A stretch of DNA of 64,000 nt from Ignisphaera aggregans DSM 17230 (GTDB taxonomy: Archaea; Thermoproteota; Thermoprotei_A; Sulfolobales; Ignisphaeraceae), in contig CP002098.1 in the NCBI GenBank assembly GCA_000145985.1, forward strand, positions 803,853-867,852. Direction: 5' to 3'. Under the pieces are notes generated by a model, which did not search any database, was not told the origin of the DNA, and was given only the letters and a program-made list of their open reading frames with translations. Shown here piece after piece: positions 1 through 10,335 of this stretch (its first letter is position 1; each line of letters starts with the position of its first letter). Both the position numbers and the translations under genes were made by a program.

Positions 1-335
1 CGAGTACAGGGCAGATAGGTAATGAGGTTGCCAGACTTCTGACCAATACCTATCCACAGCTTGTAAGAATGTGCTGTTTATCTGCTGTTGCAGCTGGTTC
101 ACAGCTCCATCTAAAAATATTTCGTGATGCTAAGACTGTTATAGCTATAAATGGCTGTGCACTTAAATGTGCTTCAAATGTCCTACGTAAAAATGGGATA
201 GAACCCACATATGAAGTAACAATAACAGAGCTAGGTATACCAAAAGAACATACCCTCGAATTTGACCCTGAAACCGTGCAGAGGATAGCACAGAAGATCA
301 GTGAAGAATTTGTATCGAGGTTTAGAGGAGGCTAA
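1..335 (+). CDS. Hypothetical Cys-containing protein, 5'-truncated: the frame is open from the window start, so the annotated Met at 69 is probably internal
   Basis: The reading frame has no stop between nt 3 and 68. The translation contains a ...NGCALKCAS... Cys motif. No recognisable catalytic motif. Confidence 0.4.
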   Translation, partial: STGQIGNEVARLLTNTYPQLVRMCCLSAVAAGSQLHLKIFRDAKTVIAINGCALKCASNVLRKNGIEPTYEVTITELGIPKEHTLEFDPETVQRIAQKISEEFVSRFRGG

Positions 336-862
336 GGTGAATCGTTAGATAGATTAGTAGATCATACTAGTACTAGTGTAGCTACACCTTCACCAAGACT
401 TAAAGCTGCTATATATTTGTTATGAAATGCTACGGTACTACCTTTATCTTTTTCTTACATACTCTAATATTTCATTGACCATCATCTCAATACTTCCAGG
501 ATAGTGATAGGGTTTCACCATATTATCTCTTCCATTGTGGAAGTGATGGGGAATGTTGGTATATATCTATGTATCTCATGGTATGCATTATTCCATCGAT
601 ATATAGTTCCATCAATGTGATGTCTATCCCAATGTATGGAGTATCTATTGGATTTTAATGAAACCCATATATCAATAAAACTTCCATCAACAAAGATCTA
701 CTCTTAATGCACCACACATCCTCCCTCTGCTAATCTCTTTAACTCTTATATCAACTACTATTTCTCTATACAAACTAACTATCTCTATAATTATAATTTT
801 CCTAAGTACATTATCTATCACATTAATTCCTCCAGCACGGATCTATCCACTGTATTCCTTAT

Positions 863-1141
863 CTAATTCCTCATCTCCTCACTATCGGATAGAGACCCAA
901 GTTTAAAATAATCATCTTCAACCTCTATAACACTCCTCTTAACATTCTCCAATTCTCCCTGTTCAAATCTCTTCTTAAAATCCTCAAAACTAGATACACC
1001 ATAGCGCTCCATGATATGATCCTCCTCAAGTTCTATCTCCCTAAGCTTAGAGGAGATATATGCATCCAGTGCCCTCTTAACTAATAGCTCCTCCTCAATA
1101 CCAAGTCTCTCAGAAACTCTTTCAAATAGTGAGCTATTCAA
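863..1141 (-). CDS. Small acidic hypothetical protein; possibly a toxin-antitoxin antitoxin-like family member
   Basis: 92 aa, highly acidic and Glu/Leu-rich. No partner toxin gene is visible. Weak call. Confidence 0.3.
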   Translation of the reverse strand: MNSSLFERVSERLGIEEELLVKRALDAYISSKLREIELEEDHIMERYGVSSFEDFKKRFEQGELENVKRSVIEVEDDYFKLGSLSDSEEMRN

Positions 1142-1229
1142 ATCTTATCACTATTATCTATTATAGAAAATAGTATTACCAAAAGCTAGTAAATGTTATA
1201 AAGAGCGCTAAAAATTTTAGGTTTATTGA

Positions 1230-2000
1230 TTGGCGATGCATATGAGTGTTATTATGTATAGAGGAGTTGTAAAGTCTTTTGGTGGTGTAACTGTTTTAAG
1301 GAATGTTGATATAGATGTTGATAGTTGTGAGATTGTTGCTCTTCTTGGCCCTAATGGCTCTGGTAAATCTACTTTGTTTAAGATGAGTATAGGTGTTGTT
1401 AAACCTGATAGTGGTTTTATTAGAGTTGGTGGTATAGATCCTGTTTCTAATCCTGTTGAAGCTCGTAGAGCTGTTGGCTATCTTCCTGAAGAGCCTCTTA
1501 TCTATGAATCTCTTCTTCTTGAAGAATATCTAAGTTTTGTTCTCTCTGTATATGGAGTTAAAGCCAGTGTTGACGAGGTTAGAGGTGTTGTTAGAGCTCT
1601 TGGTCTTGAGGAGCATATGGGTAAGTTTATGGGTGAGCTTAGCTATGGTAATAAGAGAAAAGCTATGATTGCAACAATAATTCTTAGAGATCCAAAGATT
1701 CTTGTATTAGACGAAGTTTTCTCTGGACTCGATGTAGCTAGTGTAAAGATTATACGTTCATGGCTAGAGGAGAAGAGGTCTAGGGGAGCAGCAATAATTT
1801 TCTCAACACATGTACTACCAATAGCAGAGGCTGTTGCTGATAGAATAGTTGTTATAAATAATGGAGAGATTGTTGTATCTGCAAAACCAAATGAACTAAA
1901 AGACTTCTTTAAATCACGAAATCTTGAAGATATATACCTTAGGTTAACAGGCTATAGAAGTGAATATGAAGAGATTATAAGGGCTCTAGGCCATAGGTAG
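1230..2000 (+). CDS. ABC transporter ATP-binding protein (ABC-2 exporter type)
   Basis: Walker A GPNGSGKST, ABC signature LSYGNKRK, Walker B ILVLDE. Immediately followed by a polytopic permease. Confidence 0.85.
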   Translation: MAMHMSVIMYRGVVKSFGGVTVLRNVDIDVDSCEIVALLGPNGSGKSTLFKMSIGVVKPDSGFIRVGGIDPVSNPVEARRAVGYLPEEPLIYESLLLEEYLSFVLSVYGVKASVDEVRGVVRALGLEEHMGKFMGELSYGNKRKAMIATIILRDPKILVLDEVFSGLDVASVKIIRSWLEEKRSRGAAIIFSTHVLPIAEAVADRIVVINNGEIVVSAKPNELKDFFKSRNLEDIYLRLTGYRSEYEEIIRALGHR

Positions 2001-2005
2001 AGTAT

Positions 2006-3442
2006 ATGGATATAGAGTTAAGGAGATTTGCAGAGATTCTAGCTAGAGAAGCTATGTATAGAAGCTTTCGTTTTAAAACACCTCTATCTACAGCTAATAG
2101 AGGTGGTGGAATACCTAGGGTATCAATCTTAGCATCAAATATTGTTGGAGCAGTACTACTATCAATACTATCCATAGTAATAACCATAAATGTATTTCGT
2201 CTTATTGAAACAGGTTTTGATCCATCCAATGCCTTTAAACTCTTCCTAACACTTATCACAGGGTTTGCAGTTCTATTGGTACTCTTATCGTCAGCAACAT
2301 TTACATCGACTATAATGCGTGAAAATATTATAGATATTTTAAAAACATTACCTCTAAGAGATATCGATATCCTTAAAATTTATCTTGTAGCACTCATACT
2401 ATACTGGGGTGGGTTATCAGCAATATTTATCTATATACCATTTATAGTTGGTGAGCTTATAGCTATATACAGTGGAATTCTCTCGGTAGAGATAATGTTG
2501 CTCACTATTCTCATAGCAATACTAGTTCTAGGAACATCCTACTGTCTAGGAATAGGTCTTGGTGCATATAGTCATCGTGGTAGGTATAGGGTCTCTATAA
2601 GAGCTCTATCTACATCGCTATGGATTGTAACTGCAATAGCATTCTCATCGATATACTACCTATTCTACAATATGTTGATTACAATTAGAGCAATAGAATC
2701 GATAGCATATTCATGGGGATACCTATTACCTATTGTAGGGATACTGTATTCAAATACTGTAGAAAGGACTATAGTATCACTGATAATTACAGTGACAATA
2801 GTGTTGATATCTATAGGAATAGCTATTCAAAATATGAATAGACTGATATACTCCGAACCAATTAAAGCAATACATAGGAAGCCAGCTATAGAGAGATTTG
2901 AACTAGGTATAAAACCTATACTCATAGCAGCAATAGTTAAGGATTTAAAGCTTATTGGAAGAGAGCCAAGGCTATTATCAGCAGCACTAATAACAATACT
3001 CATACCGCTAGTTATGGTTATACCATCAGCTATATCAAGAGTATTTGAAATTGGTGAAATACCATTTGAAGGATCTATCATACTATCATCGATACTCTCT
3101 ATTGCAATAGGCTTTATGGGTAGTATGGGTATAGACCATTTCTATTTCTCTGAAGGTAGAGGATCAGTACTGCTATATTATTTACCTATTAGTAGAAGAA
3201 TGGTAATGCTAAGTAAAGCACTAGCATCCTCAGCAATAGCCTCTCCACTAACAGCTCTCATCACAGGAATAATAACATTCCTAATCACAGATTCTATATT
3301 GAGTGCTACAGCCTTTGGACTCACTGCTATGATTATAACAATAGCATTCTCAATAATTCACTCAATAATTACAATAAGAGCACTACCAAAAGAACCATGC
3401 GAATGGAGTGAAACAGTTTTTTTGGAAAAACATAGCATCTAG
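2006..3442 (+). CDS. ABC-2 family transporter permease (polytopic membrane protein)
   Basis: 478 aa, many hydrophobic Ile/Leu-rich segments. Starts 6 nt after the ABC ATPase, consistent with one operon. Confidence 0.6.
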   Translation: MDIELRRFAEILAREAMYRSFRFKTPLSTANRGGGIPRVSILASNIVGAVLLSILSIVITINVFRLIETGFDPSNAFKLFLTLITGFAVLLVLLSSATFTSTIMRENIIDILKTLPLRDIDILKIYLVALILYWGGLSAIFIYIPFIVGELIAIYSGILSVEIMLLTILIAILVLGTSYCLGIGLGAYSHRGRYRVSIRALSTSLWIVTAIAFSSIYYLFYNMLITIRAIESIAYSWGYLLPIVGILYSNTVERTIVSLIITVTIVLISIGIAIQNMNRLIYSEPIKAIHRKPAIERFELGIKPILIAAIVKDLKLIGREPRLLSAALITILIPLVMVIPSAISRVFEIGEIPFEGSIILSSILSIAIGFMGSMGIDHFYFSEGRGSVLLYYLPISRRMVMLSKALASSAIASPLTALITGIITFLITDSILSATAFGLTAMIITIAFSIIHSIITIRALPKEPCEWSETVFLEKHSI

Positions 3443-3641
3443 ATTTAAATATGCATTAATTAACTTCGTAATAGCAATGCTTGGACTAATCACAGCTATA
3501 GCTCTAATACTACTACTAATCATAATCAATGTAGATGTGTATATGCAACACATAGCATTCGTTATATATGGTCTATCCCTACTATCCATATCAATCATAT
3601 CTATATATATATTCGTTCCAAACAAATCACTCACAGAATAA
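3408..3641 (+). CDS. Possible small 2-TM membrane protein
   Basis: 77 aa with two long hydrophobic stretches. Overlaps the end of the permease gene. Could be spurious. Confidence 0.25.
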   Translation: MKQFFWKNIASRFKYALINFVIAMLGLITAIALILLLIIINVDVYMQHIAFVIYGLSLLSISIISIYIFVPNKSLTE

Positions 3642-3772
3642 AAACATATCATCTTTGGAAAATATTGTTCCTATCCAATTTCATATCCTCTATCTATGGA
3701 TAGACTATGATAACCATATTAAAGTACTTTATATACTTTATATAATGCCCAGTCCCAGCTTCTCCAATAATC

Positions 3773-4681
3773 CTACCTGTTAAGAGTTCTATGTCTTGAT
3801 ACTAACCCTGAGCCATCGCATGTAGGTGCATTGATTATTGTTACCCCTGGACCTTCTCTACATGTAGCTATATATAGACCTAGCCTTAATGCCTCCTCTA
3901 TAACTGGTTTGAGTAGCTTCTCTCTAGCTTCTTTCTTTAGATACATATATCCATGTATCTTCTCACCCTCATAAACATACATCCTCCTAAGCTTTTCAGC
4001 AATATCTGGAAATGCCTCTTGGAGTCTCTTCAAGCTATCTCCTCTTGCTTTATATGTAGATGTTGTTATCTGTAGAGCACCTACATCTCTAGCAATGTTA
4101 ACGAGTTCCCTAAGTTTCTCAGGATCATCGTTTATCATAGGTATTACAGGATCTATTCTAATACCTACAGGTATACCAGCTCTACTAAGCTTTCTAACAG
4201 CCTCCATCCTCCTATCTGGTGGAGGTGCTCCTGGCTCTAAAACCTTTGCAACTCCTTGATCAAGAGTTGTTATAGTTATCATAACAGCTGAGGGATATCT
4301 CAACAAAATATCTATATCCCTAGCAACAATATCGGATTTTGTTGTTATTAAAATCCTAAAACCATTTCTACCAAGAACCTCAAGGGTTTTTCGTGTGAGT
4401 TCTAGCTGCATCTCTATTGGTGGATATGGATCACTACTACTACTAAGCTCTACAACAGCCCCCTTTACAATCTGTCTAAGATCCTTCTCTAGATTCTCAA
4501 TAAAGTTCTTCTTTGGTACACTAGGCTTTCTACCTATATAGGATGTTGCATAGCAATAGAGACAGAAATGACTACAGCCTGTATATGGATGTAGACTATA
4601 TTTAAATGGACATGTACAAAGGGGGGATTTCCAGGGATCAAATTCTCTTAAAACCTTCAAATAAGCTACCCTTTTAAACAA
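3773..4681 (-). CDS. Radical SAM domain protein (COG1533 / SplB-like family)
   Basis: CSHFCLYCYA gives the CxxxCxxC radical-SAM cluster motif near the N-terminus, preceded by an extra CTCP Cys pair. 302 aa. Confidence 0.6.
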   Translation of the reverse strand: MFKRVAYLKVLREFDPWKSPLCTCPFKYSLHPYTGCSHFCLYCYATSYIGRKPSVPKKNFIENLEKDLRQIVKGAVVELSSSSDPYPPIEMQLELTRKTLEVLGRNGFRILITTKSDIVARDIDILLRYPSAVMITITTLDQGVAKVLEPGAPPPDRRMEAVRKLSRAGIPVGIRIDPVIPMINDDPEKLRELVNIARDVGALQITTSTYKARGDSLKRLQEAFPDIAEKLRRMYVYEGEKIHGYMYLKKEAREKLLKPVIEEALRLGLYIATCREGPGVTIINAPTCDGSGLVSRHRTLNR

Positions 4682-4684
4682 TAA

Positions 4685-5314
4685 CTATATTGGGATAGGA
4701 GTTTGATTCAGCTTATAGGTTAAAGATAATATATCATCTATGTCGCCTATAGGCGCTTTATAGAGATCATAATTATATTCGATACTAAGCCTTCTCAACA
4801 TATTGTATAACTCCTCTAAAGTTTCATAGCTTTGATTTAATCGTGTCAACATGATCTCTGGATCATCGTTACTTACATCTGTTGCAAATGTATAGAGATT
4901 GGTAAACATTAAGTTGAGCTTTATGTACTTAGCATCTCTTGTATATTTATATGATAAACTGTATATTGTTGCTAGGGTATAGGAGTTATCCGAAATTTGA
5001 TTTAGCACTTCCCTCACAACATCAGCACTTGTATTACTATTAATAAGATAGAGTGTTAGGTTTAGATTGCTTAATAGCTTTGGTAGACTGTGTAAGGCGA
5101 ACCATCTTAGATCATTTATGACAATATTCTTCTCTATATAATACATATTGTAATAAACAATAATAGCTATAAACATGGCTATTACAGCTACCACAAGTAG
5201 TATCCTGGCTATCTTCTTTGTGTCTCTCCTTTGGGTTCCCTCCCTTCTATCCCAATATATTTTCTCTCTACTTTTAACTTTTTTCTTAGTGGACTTCTTT
5301 GGCTTCTTGCTCAC
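4685..5314 (-). CDS. Membrane-anchored hypothetical protein with a basic N-terminus
   Basis: N-terminal KKPKKSTKKKVKSRE tract followed by one TM helix (ILLVVAVIAMFIAIIVYY). Immediately downstream of the radical SAM gene. Confidence 0.4.
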   Translation of the reverse strand: MSKKPKKSTKKKVKSREKIYWDRREGTQRRDTKKIARILLVVAVIAMFIAIIVYYNMYYIEKNIVINDLRWFALHSLPKLLSNLNLTLYLINSNTSADVVREVLNQISDNSYTLATIYSLSYKYTRDAKYIKLNLMFTNLYTFATDVSNDDPEIMLTRLNQSYETLEELYNMLRRLSIEYNYDLYKAPIGDIDDILSLTYKLNQTPIPI

Positions 5315-5489
5315 TAGCTAGAACACCTCCTAAATCAGTGATATACTAAGAATAATAAGTTTAGATATTACCTAGCTTCTTTAAACCATTATATAGCTAT
5401 CATTATATATAATTAAATATTATCTCTATAGCTAATAATAGATTTATATACTCACAACAAGAAGTATCCTCTGTAAAATACTAAAAGCT

Positions 5490-6428
5490 GTGATATCTAT
5501 GGTTAGGGGTGTTGTTGAGAATCTTATTAGCAATGGTCTTCTTATTGAGAAGGAGTATGAACTTAAACTTATTGTATCTTCACTTCTTGCTCGTGGCCAT
5601 GTTCTTCTAGAGGGTGTTCCAGGTGTTGCTAAGACCTCTATGGCTAAGGCTATTGCTAAGGCTTTTGGTCTTGAGTTTAAGCGTATACAAATGACACCTG
5701 ATCTTCTTCCAATGGATATAATAGGTTTCTATGTATATGATTCTTCTACAGGTGAATTCAGGTTTAGGAAGGGTCCCATATTTACAAATATTCTTCTTGT
5801 TGATGAGATAAACAGAGCTTCTCCAAGAACACAATCAGCTCTTCTAGAGGCTATGCAGGAGAGACAGGTTACTGTAGAGGGAGTTACATATAAACTCGAC
5901 GAACCTTTCATCGTTATAGCTACACAGAACCCTATTGAGATGGAGGGTGTATTTCCACTTCCAGAGGCACAGCTAGATAGATTTCTTGTAAGGATATTCA
6001 CAGGTTATCCCTCTACCAAAGGATTTAAAGAGCTTCTAAAGAAGATTGACGAGATTGAGAGGGGTATAGAGGCTATAAAGCCTATGGCTACAAAGGAAGA
6101 TGTTCTAGAGGCTATAAAAGCTGTTGAGAGTATAAGGGTTGACGACTCTATATATGACTATATAGTTGCTATAGTTGAAGCAACAAGGAAACACCCAGCA
6201 GTTAGGCTCGGTGCTTCTCCTAGAGCTGGTATAGCTATTCTCAGACTTTCTAAGGCATGGGCATATCTAGAGGGTAGAAACTATGTTATTCCAGACGATG
6301 TAAAAACAGTTGCTCTACCTGTTCTAAACCACAGAATTATTATTAGACCTGAATACGAAGTTGAAGGAACATCTCCACAGAGAGTCATAGACGATATCCT
6401 CAAGAGTGTTTCGGTGCCAAAGCCATGA
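5490..6428 (+). CDS. MoxR-family AAA+ ATPase
   Basis: Walker A GVPGVAKT, Walker B LLVDEINRA, sensor region SALLEAMQERQVTVEG, about 310 aa. Architecture is typical of MoxR. Confidence 0.85.
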   Translation: MISMVRGVVENLISNGLLIEKEYELKLIVSSLLARGHVLLEGVPGVAKTSMAKAIAKAFGLEFKRIQMTPDLLPMDIIGFYVYDSSTGEFRFRKGPIFTNILLVDEINRASPRTQSALLEAMQERQVTVEGVTYKLDEPFIVIATQNPIEMEGVFPLPEAQLDRFLVRIFTGYPSTKGFKELLKKIDEIERGIEAIKPMATKEDVLEAIKAVESIRVDDSIYDYIVAIVEATRKHPAVRLGASPRAGIAILRLSKAWAYLEGRNYVIPDDVKTVALPVLNHRIIIRPEYEVEGTSPQRVIDDILKSVSVPKP

Positions 6429-7564
6429 GAAAAACAGCTATTCTCTTTATAGCAACAATACTTTTTGTGGTTATCAATGTATATGCACAAGAACCAGATA
6501 TAATCTCTATGAGACACACAATAGGTTTTCCAATAAACATAACAAATATAGATATATCACAACTGCTAAAAATACTCAATACAACATTTACACAGAATCC
6601 TCTCGAGGGTATGGAGAAATCGAGAGAATTTCTAGAGAATATAACTAGTCTATATCCAGAGGCGAGAAATATTGCAAGAGCTGTTGATATCTATACCAAT
6701 GCTAGTAGGGGATACATAGACAGATCATCTATAGAAAACATCTATAGATCTATAAACAACTCAATACTTAGGCAATTACTGGGAGATACTGTCTCTAGCT
6801 ATGTTAGTGGGAGAAATGTTGATAGAACAACAATTGAAAATCTTCTTAACACTATAAATAACCTCTATAGCAATAGAGAGATAAGTGTAGATGACTATCT
6901 AAAAGCTTTAAGCATATTGAGAACCATAGCGTCTTCCGAGGGATATAGAGATATCTCTATGGCTATAGATAGAAGTGCAGGTTCATCAACACTAAACGAA
7001 GTAAACAGCATCATGAACATGTTGAGCAATATAAACAACATTGCTAGCTCAATCAATCCACCAAACATAGGTTCTCTCCCAATCCAGCCCAGCTCCCAAT
7101 TTGCTTTACCAGCTTTCTCGGCACCATCAATACCAGCTATACCAGCTTCTCCCCCAAGTGTTGCAGGGGAGACCATAAGATATATACCTATTGTTGTTTG
7201 TATCGCCATAGCTATAGCCCTTGGAATCGCTATATATAGGAGGATTGGAAGAATTGCTATCCCTAAAATTTGGAGAAGCCCTATATCCCCAAAGAGCTTT
7301 GGGACAAAGCTATCTCTATATCCAAAGGTTGTTGAAGATTATTGGAGAGTTGTTAGAGTTGTTGAGTATAGAACTAGTAGACGTAGATATGATTGGCAGA
7401 CCCATAGGGAATACGAACATGAGGTGAAGGAATATCTAGGTATCTTGGGAGAGGACTTCAGCAGACTTACAAAGATATATGAGGTTGTTAGATATGGTGG
7501 TGAAGATGATTCTAGATATAGAGATGATGTTGATAGAATTGTGAAGAGGTTTGAAAAGCTATGA
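6425..7564 (+). CDS. Secreted/membrane protein, DUF4129-like C-terminal domain (MoxR-operon partner)
   Basis: N-terminal signal/TM segment, a second TM (IPIVVCIAIAIALGIAIY), and a cytoplasmic C-terminus with a VRYGGEDDSRY motif. Start overlaps the MoxR stop by 4 nt. Confidence 0.4.
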   Translation: MRKTAILFIATILFVVINVYAQEPDIISMRHTIGFPINITNIDISQLLKILNTTFTQNPLEGMEKSREFLENITSLYPEARNIARAVDIYTNASRGYIDRSSIENIYRSINNSILRQLLGDTVSSYVSGRNVDRTTIENLLNTINNLYSNREISVDDYLKALSILRTIASSEGYRDISMAIDRSAGSSTLNEVNSIMNMLSNINNIASSINPPNIGSLPIQPSSQFALPAFSAPSIPAIPASPPSVAGETIRYIPIVVCIAIAIALGIAIYRRIGRIAIPKIWRSPISPKSFGTKLSLYPKVVEDYWRVVRVVEYRTSRRRYDWQTHREYEHEVKEYLGILGEDFSRLTKIYEVVRYGGEDDSRYRDDVDRIVKRFEKL

Positions 7565-8661
7565 GGCTTAGAATTGTTTTGGAGATAGCTATAAGGATAA
7601 CTATAGCTTTTGTTCTATGGGAATATATAGCAAAGCTCTACAACCTTCTAACAGGCTTTGACATATACATGTTTATGCATATGGATATAGAGTCTAAAGC
7701 TAGATTCATCCTCATGTCGCTGGCATCTGTATTCGCATTAGTATCACTCATAACAGCAAACATAACACTATTTATAGCAACCATTGTCATAGGCTCTATA
7801 GCTGAGGGGCTTGCAGGCTCTACACCAATCTATATAGCTTTGGTATACCTCCCAATTGTATTGTCCCTAGACACTATAAAGAATCTCTATAGGGATGGTC
7901 AGGAGAAGGGAATTAGAATAGATATGAAGAAGATGGTGCTTGGAGCTATATATACAATAGTCATTGTCGGAGTGTCTATGTTTATCGCATATCTCTCAGC
8001 TAGATATATAGCCACACTAACAACACCCATACCAGCAACATCATCTAGGCTTGCCTTTGCTATAACAACAAATCCACTCTATCTACTTGCAATAGCTACA
8101 GCTATATCCATCATTCTATACATGGTAACGACAAGCCTATTCGATATAGCTATAACATATATCTATCCATCTAGACAAATAGCTCTAAAAACTCTCCTAA
8201 ATAGAGATGACATAGATATAAACCTAGTGCCACCGTTATCAACAATAAAAAGCTTTGTTATTGCAAGCATCATAGCTCCTCTACTCTATGCAGCTATATA
8301 TAGCTCTATACTGGATAGAATAGCTTCTCAGTATATTGCAAACCAAATTCTTCTTCTAGTCATTAGAGTATTTGTAGCTATCATAATATTTATATCTATT
8401 GGACTTATCTTCAATAGGATTGAAAAGGGATTGAGCTACAATCCAAAGACAATATTTTTAACATCTATAGCAATACTGCTGCTTATATATGGAGCTGCTG
8501 TATATGGTTCATATGCAGTTTATAGAGATCCCATCTACTCTTTCCTCCACCCAGATATATCTATGGTTACACAGTATGCTTCATCTATATACCATAACTA
8601 CTATATACTATTCATAGAGTTTATAGAGATTATACCAAAACTTTTTGGTGCTGTTCCATGA
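7561..8661 (+). CDS. Polytopic integral membrane protein of the MoxR/DUF58 cluster
   Basis: 366 aa with more than 8 hydrophobic segments. Translationally coupled to its neighbours. Confidence 0.5.
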   Translation: MRLRIVLEIAIRITIAFVLWEYIAKLYNLLTGFDIYMFMHMDIESKARFILMSLASVFALVSLITANITLFIATIVIGSIAEGLAGSTPIYIALVYLPIVLSLDTIKNLYRDGQEKGIRIDMKKMVLGAIYTIVIVGVSMFIAYLSARYIATLTTPIPATSSRLAFAITTNPLYLLAIATAISIILYMVTTSLFDIAITYIYPSRQIALKTLLNRDDIDINLVPPLSTIKSFVIASIIAPLLYAAIYSSILDRIASQYIANQILLLVIRVFVAIIIFISIGLIFNRIEKGLSYNPKTIFLTSIAILLLIYGAAVYGSYAVYRDPIYSFLHPDISMVTQYASSIYHNYYILFIEFIEIIPKLFGAVP

Positions 8662-8903
8662 GCTCAAGGAAATGGTATTATAGGATACCTCCATATGTAT
8701 ATCTATCCATAGGAATTGTGTTGATAGCTATAGCTATACTTATGCTGATATGGTCTATAGGATATATGGAGAGGGCTATGGTTGGAACATCGCTTCTATG
8801 TACATTCATAGGATTTACACTGCTGTCATCATCTCTATATGTATTGAGATTATCTGCATATGTATATGCGCTTGAGAAGGGGTCTAAGGGTGAAGAGATT
8901 TAG
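8658..8903 (+). CDS. Small membrane protein
   Basis: 81 aa, two hydrophobic helices, overlapping-stop coupling with neighbours. Confidence 0.3.
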   Translation: MSSRKWYYRIPPYVYLSIGIVLIAIAILMLIWSIGYMERAMVGTSLLCTFIGFTLLSSSLYVLRLSAYVYALEKGSKGEEI

Positions 8904-10335
8904 AGATATAAGAGTTTTATCAACATTATCAACACTTATACTCATAGCTATAGGGCTTATAGCATTAGCGGAGACACAACCTCCAAAGCTATATGTATTT
9001 AGAGGTGCATCGCCATTTAACGACGGTGTTATAGGGACAATGGATTTTATGAATATGGTTAGATCTAGATATCCAGACACAATATCTATATCGTCTCTAC
9101 ATGAACTTAACAGTATCTCCAAGGCTGATAGATGTCTATATATAGTTGTATCTCCTGAGATCCCATATAGTGTAGAGGAGGCTAGATATATAGCCAACAC
9201 ACTTATATCTAGATGCAACACATTATCGTTTCTTATAGCAGATGAGAACACCACATCAAACAATATTCTAACGTCTCTAGATAGCGACATAAGCATAGAT
9301 GGAAGGATAATATATAGCAATGTATATGGCTTCTATCCACCTACATACATAGACCTTAGAGATATTGCTAGGGAAGGAGATGCAAAGGTGTACAGCATTG
9401 TTCTAGATATTGCATCACCCATAAATGTCAAGGAATCTGCAATAGTTATTGGAAGAACTGTTGATGGTTATACCGTAGCTGTCTATAGAAGTCTACACAT
9501 GTTGAATAGGTCTATAGAGATTATAGCTATAGGCGATGGCTCTATATTTCTAAACCAGGTTATGAGATCAAATACAACTATCTATAGAGATCTTGCCATG
9601 TCTTTAACAAATATTTTATGTGGCTATGACAATAAATGCAAGGTTATCTTTGATGGAAGTCATTACCAGGCTATAGACCCTCTAAACATATTCTCTAGCT
9701 CTTCCAGCTTCAGACCAAGTGACATAGCTTCTCTAGCCATATACCAAGATGTCTTCACAATAGCTCTCTCAGTCATGCTGAGATTTATACATCCATCTAC
9801 ATGGCTACCACCACTAGTTGAATATATAAACAGATTCTTTGTCTCCATAACAACAAGTTTCCTGTTATCAACAGCTATTGCCGTTATTCTTATGGCTATA
9901 GTATACAGGGTCTTTCTCAGAAGGGAAAATATTGTTGTTGATCAGAGGCTCCCTGAGGTTAGGGAGGTAGAGATGTTTGTATTTAGAGATTTGAGAGAAT
10001 CTATCGCTAGGGGGAAATATAGATTGACTAAACACGATTTTGTTAACCTCTTTGAGATTATAGACAATGTCTTTAGGAGTGTTGTGGGTGTTGAGCTCTG
10101 TAGCAATAGGGCTTTAGAGTATATATCTAGTCTTGTTGGATCTGAGAAGGCTGGGAGGTATGTAGATAGGATGTGTAGGGGTTATAGGAAAGCTGTTAGA
10201 GGTGGTATAAGACCATTTATATTGTCGTGGCATAGATATACAATGTCTATGATTAGAGAGAGTGAGTCTATTCTAAATGCAATGGGGTATACACTAACTA
10301 GGGAGAAGGGAGTAGAATATATATTCCTAAAGTGA
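8860..10335 (+). CDS. N-terminally anchored hypothetical protein (position suggests a DUF4350-type partner of DUF58)
   Basis: N-terminal TM segment (LSTLSTLILIAIGLIALA) followed by a large soluble domain. Sits between the membrane genes and the DUF58 gene. Confidence 0.35.
   Translation: MYMRLRRGLRVKRFRDIRVLSTLSTLILIAIGLIALAETQPPKLYVFRGASPFNDGVIGTMDFMNMVRSRYPDTISISSLHELNSISKADRCLYIVVSPEIPYSVEEARYIANTLISRCNTLSFLIADENTTSNNILTSLDSDISIDGRIIYSNVYGFYPPTYIDLRDIAREGDAKVYSIVLDIASPINVKESAIVIGRTVDGYTVAVYRSLHMLNRSIEIIAIGDGSIFLNQVMRSNTTIYRDLAMSLTNILCGYDNKCKVIFDGSHYQAIDPLNIFSSSSSFRPSDIASLAIYQDVFTIALSVMLRFIHPSTWLPPLVEYINRFFVSITTSFLLSTAIAVILMAIVYRVFLRRENIVVDQRLPEVREVEMFVFRDLRESIARGKYRLTKHDFVNLFEIIDNVFRSVVGVELCSNRALEYISSLVGSEKAGRYVDRMCRGYRKAVRGGIRPFILSWHRYTMSMIRESESILNAMGYTLTREKGVEYIFLK

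Noticed and set aside
1975-3652. Minus-strand ORFs 1975-2259, 2827-3081 and 3383-3652 overlapping the ABC-2 ATPase and permease genes
   Set aside because: They are embedded antisense in longer genes that carry clear ABC motifs and TM periodicity. They have no motifs or coupling of their own.
5607-6517. ORFs 5607-5834 and 5729-6001 (both minus strand) inside the MoxR gene, and 6281-6517 (-) spanning its 3' end
   Set aside because: They are antisense to the motif-rich MoxR ATPase. They are Cys/Ser-rich low-complexity translations.
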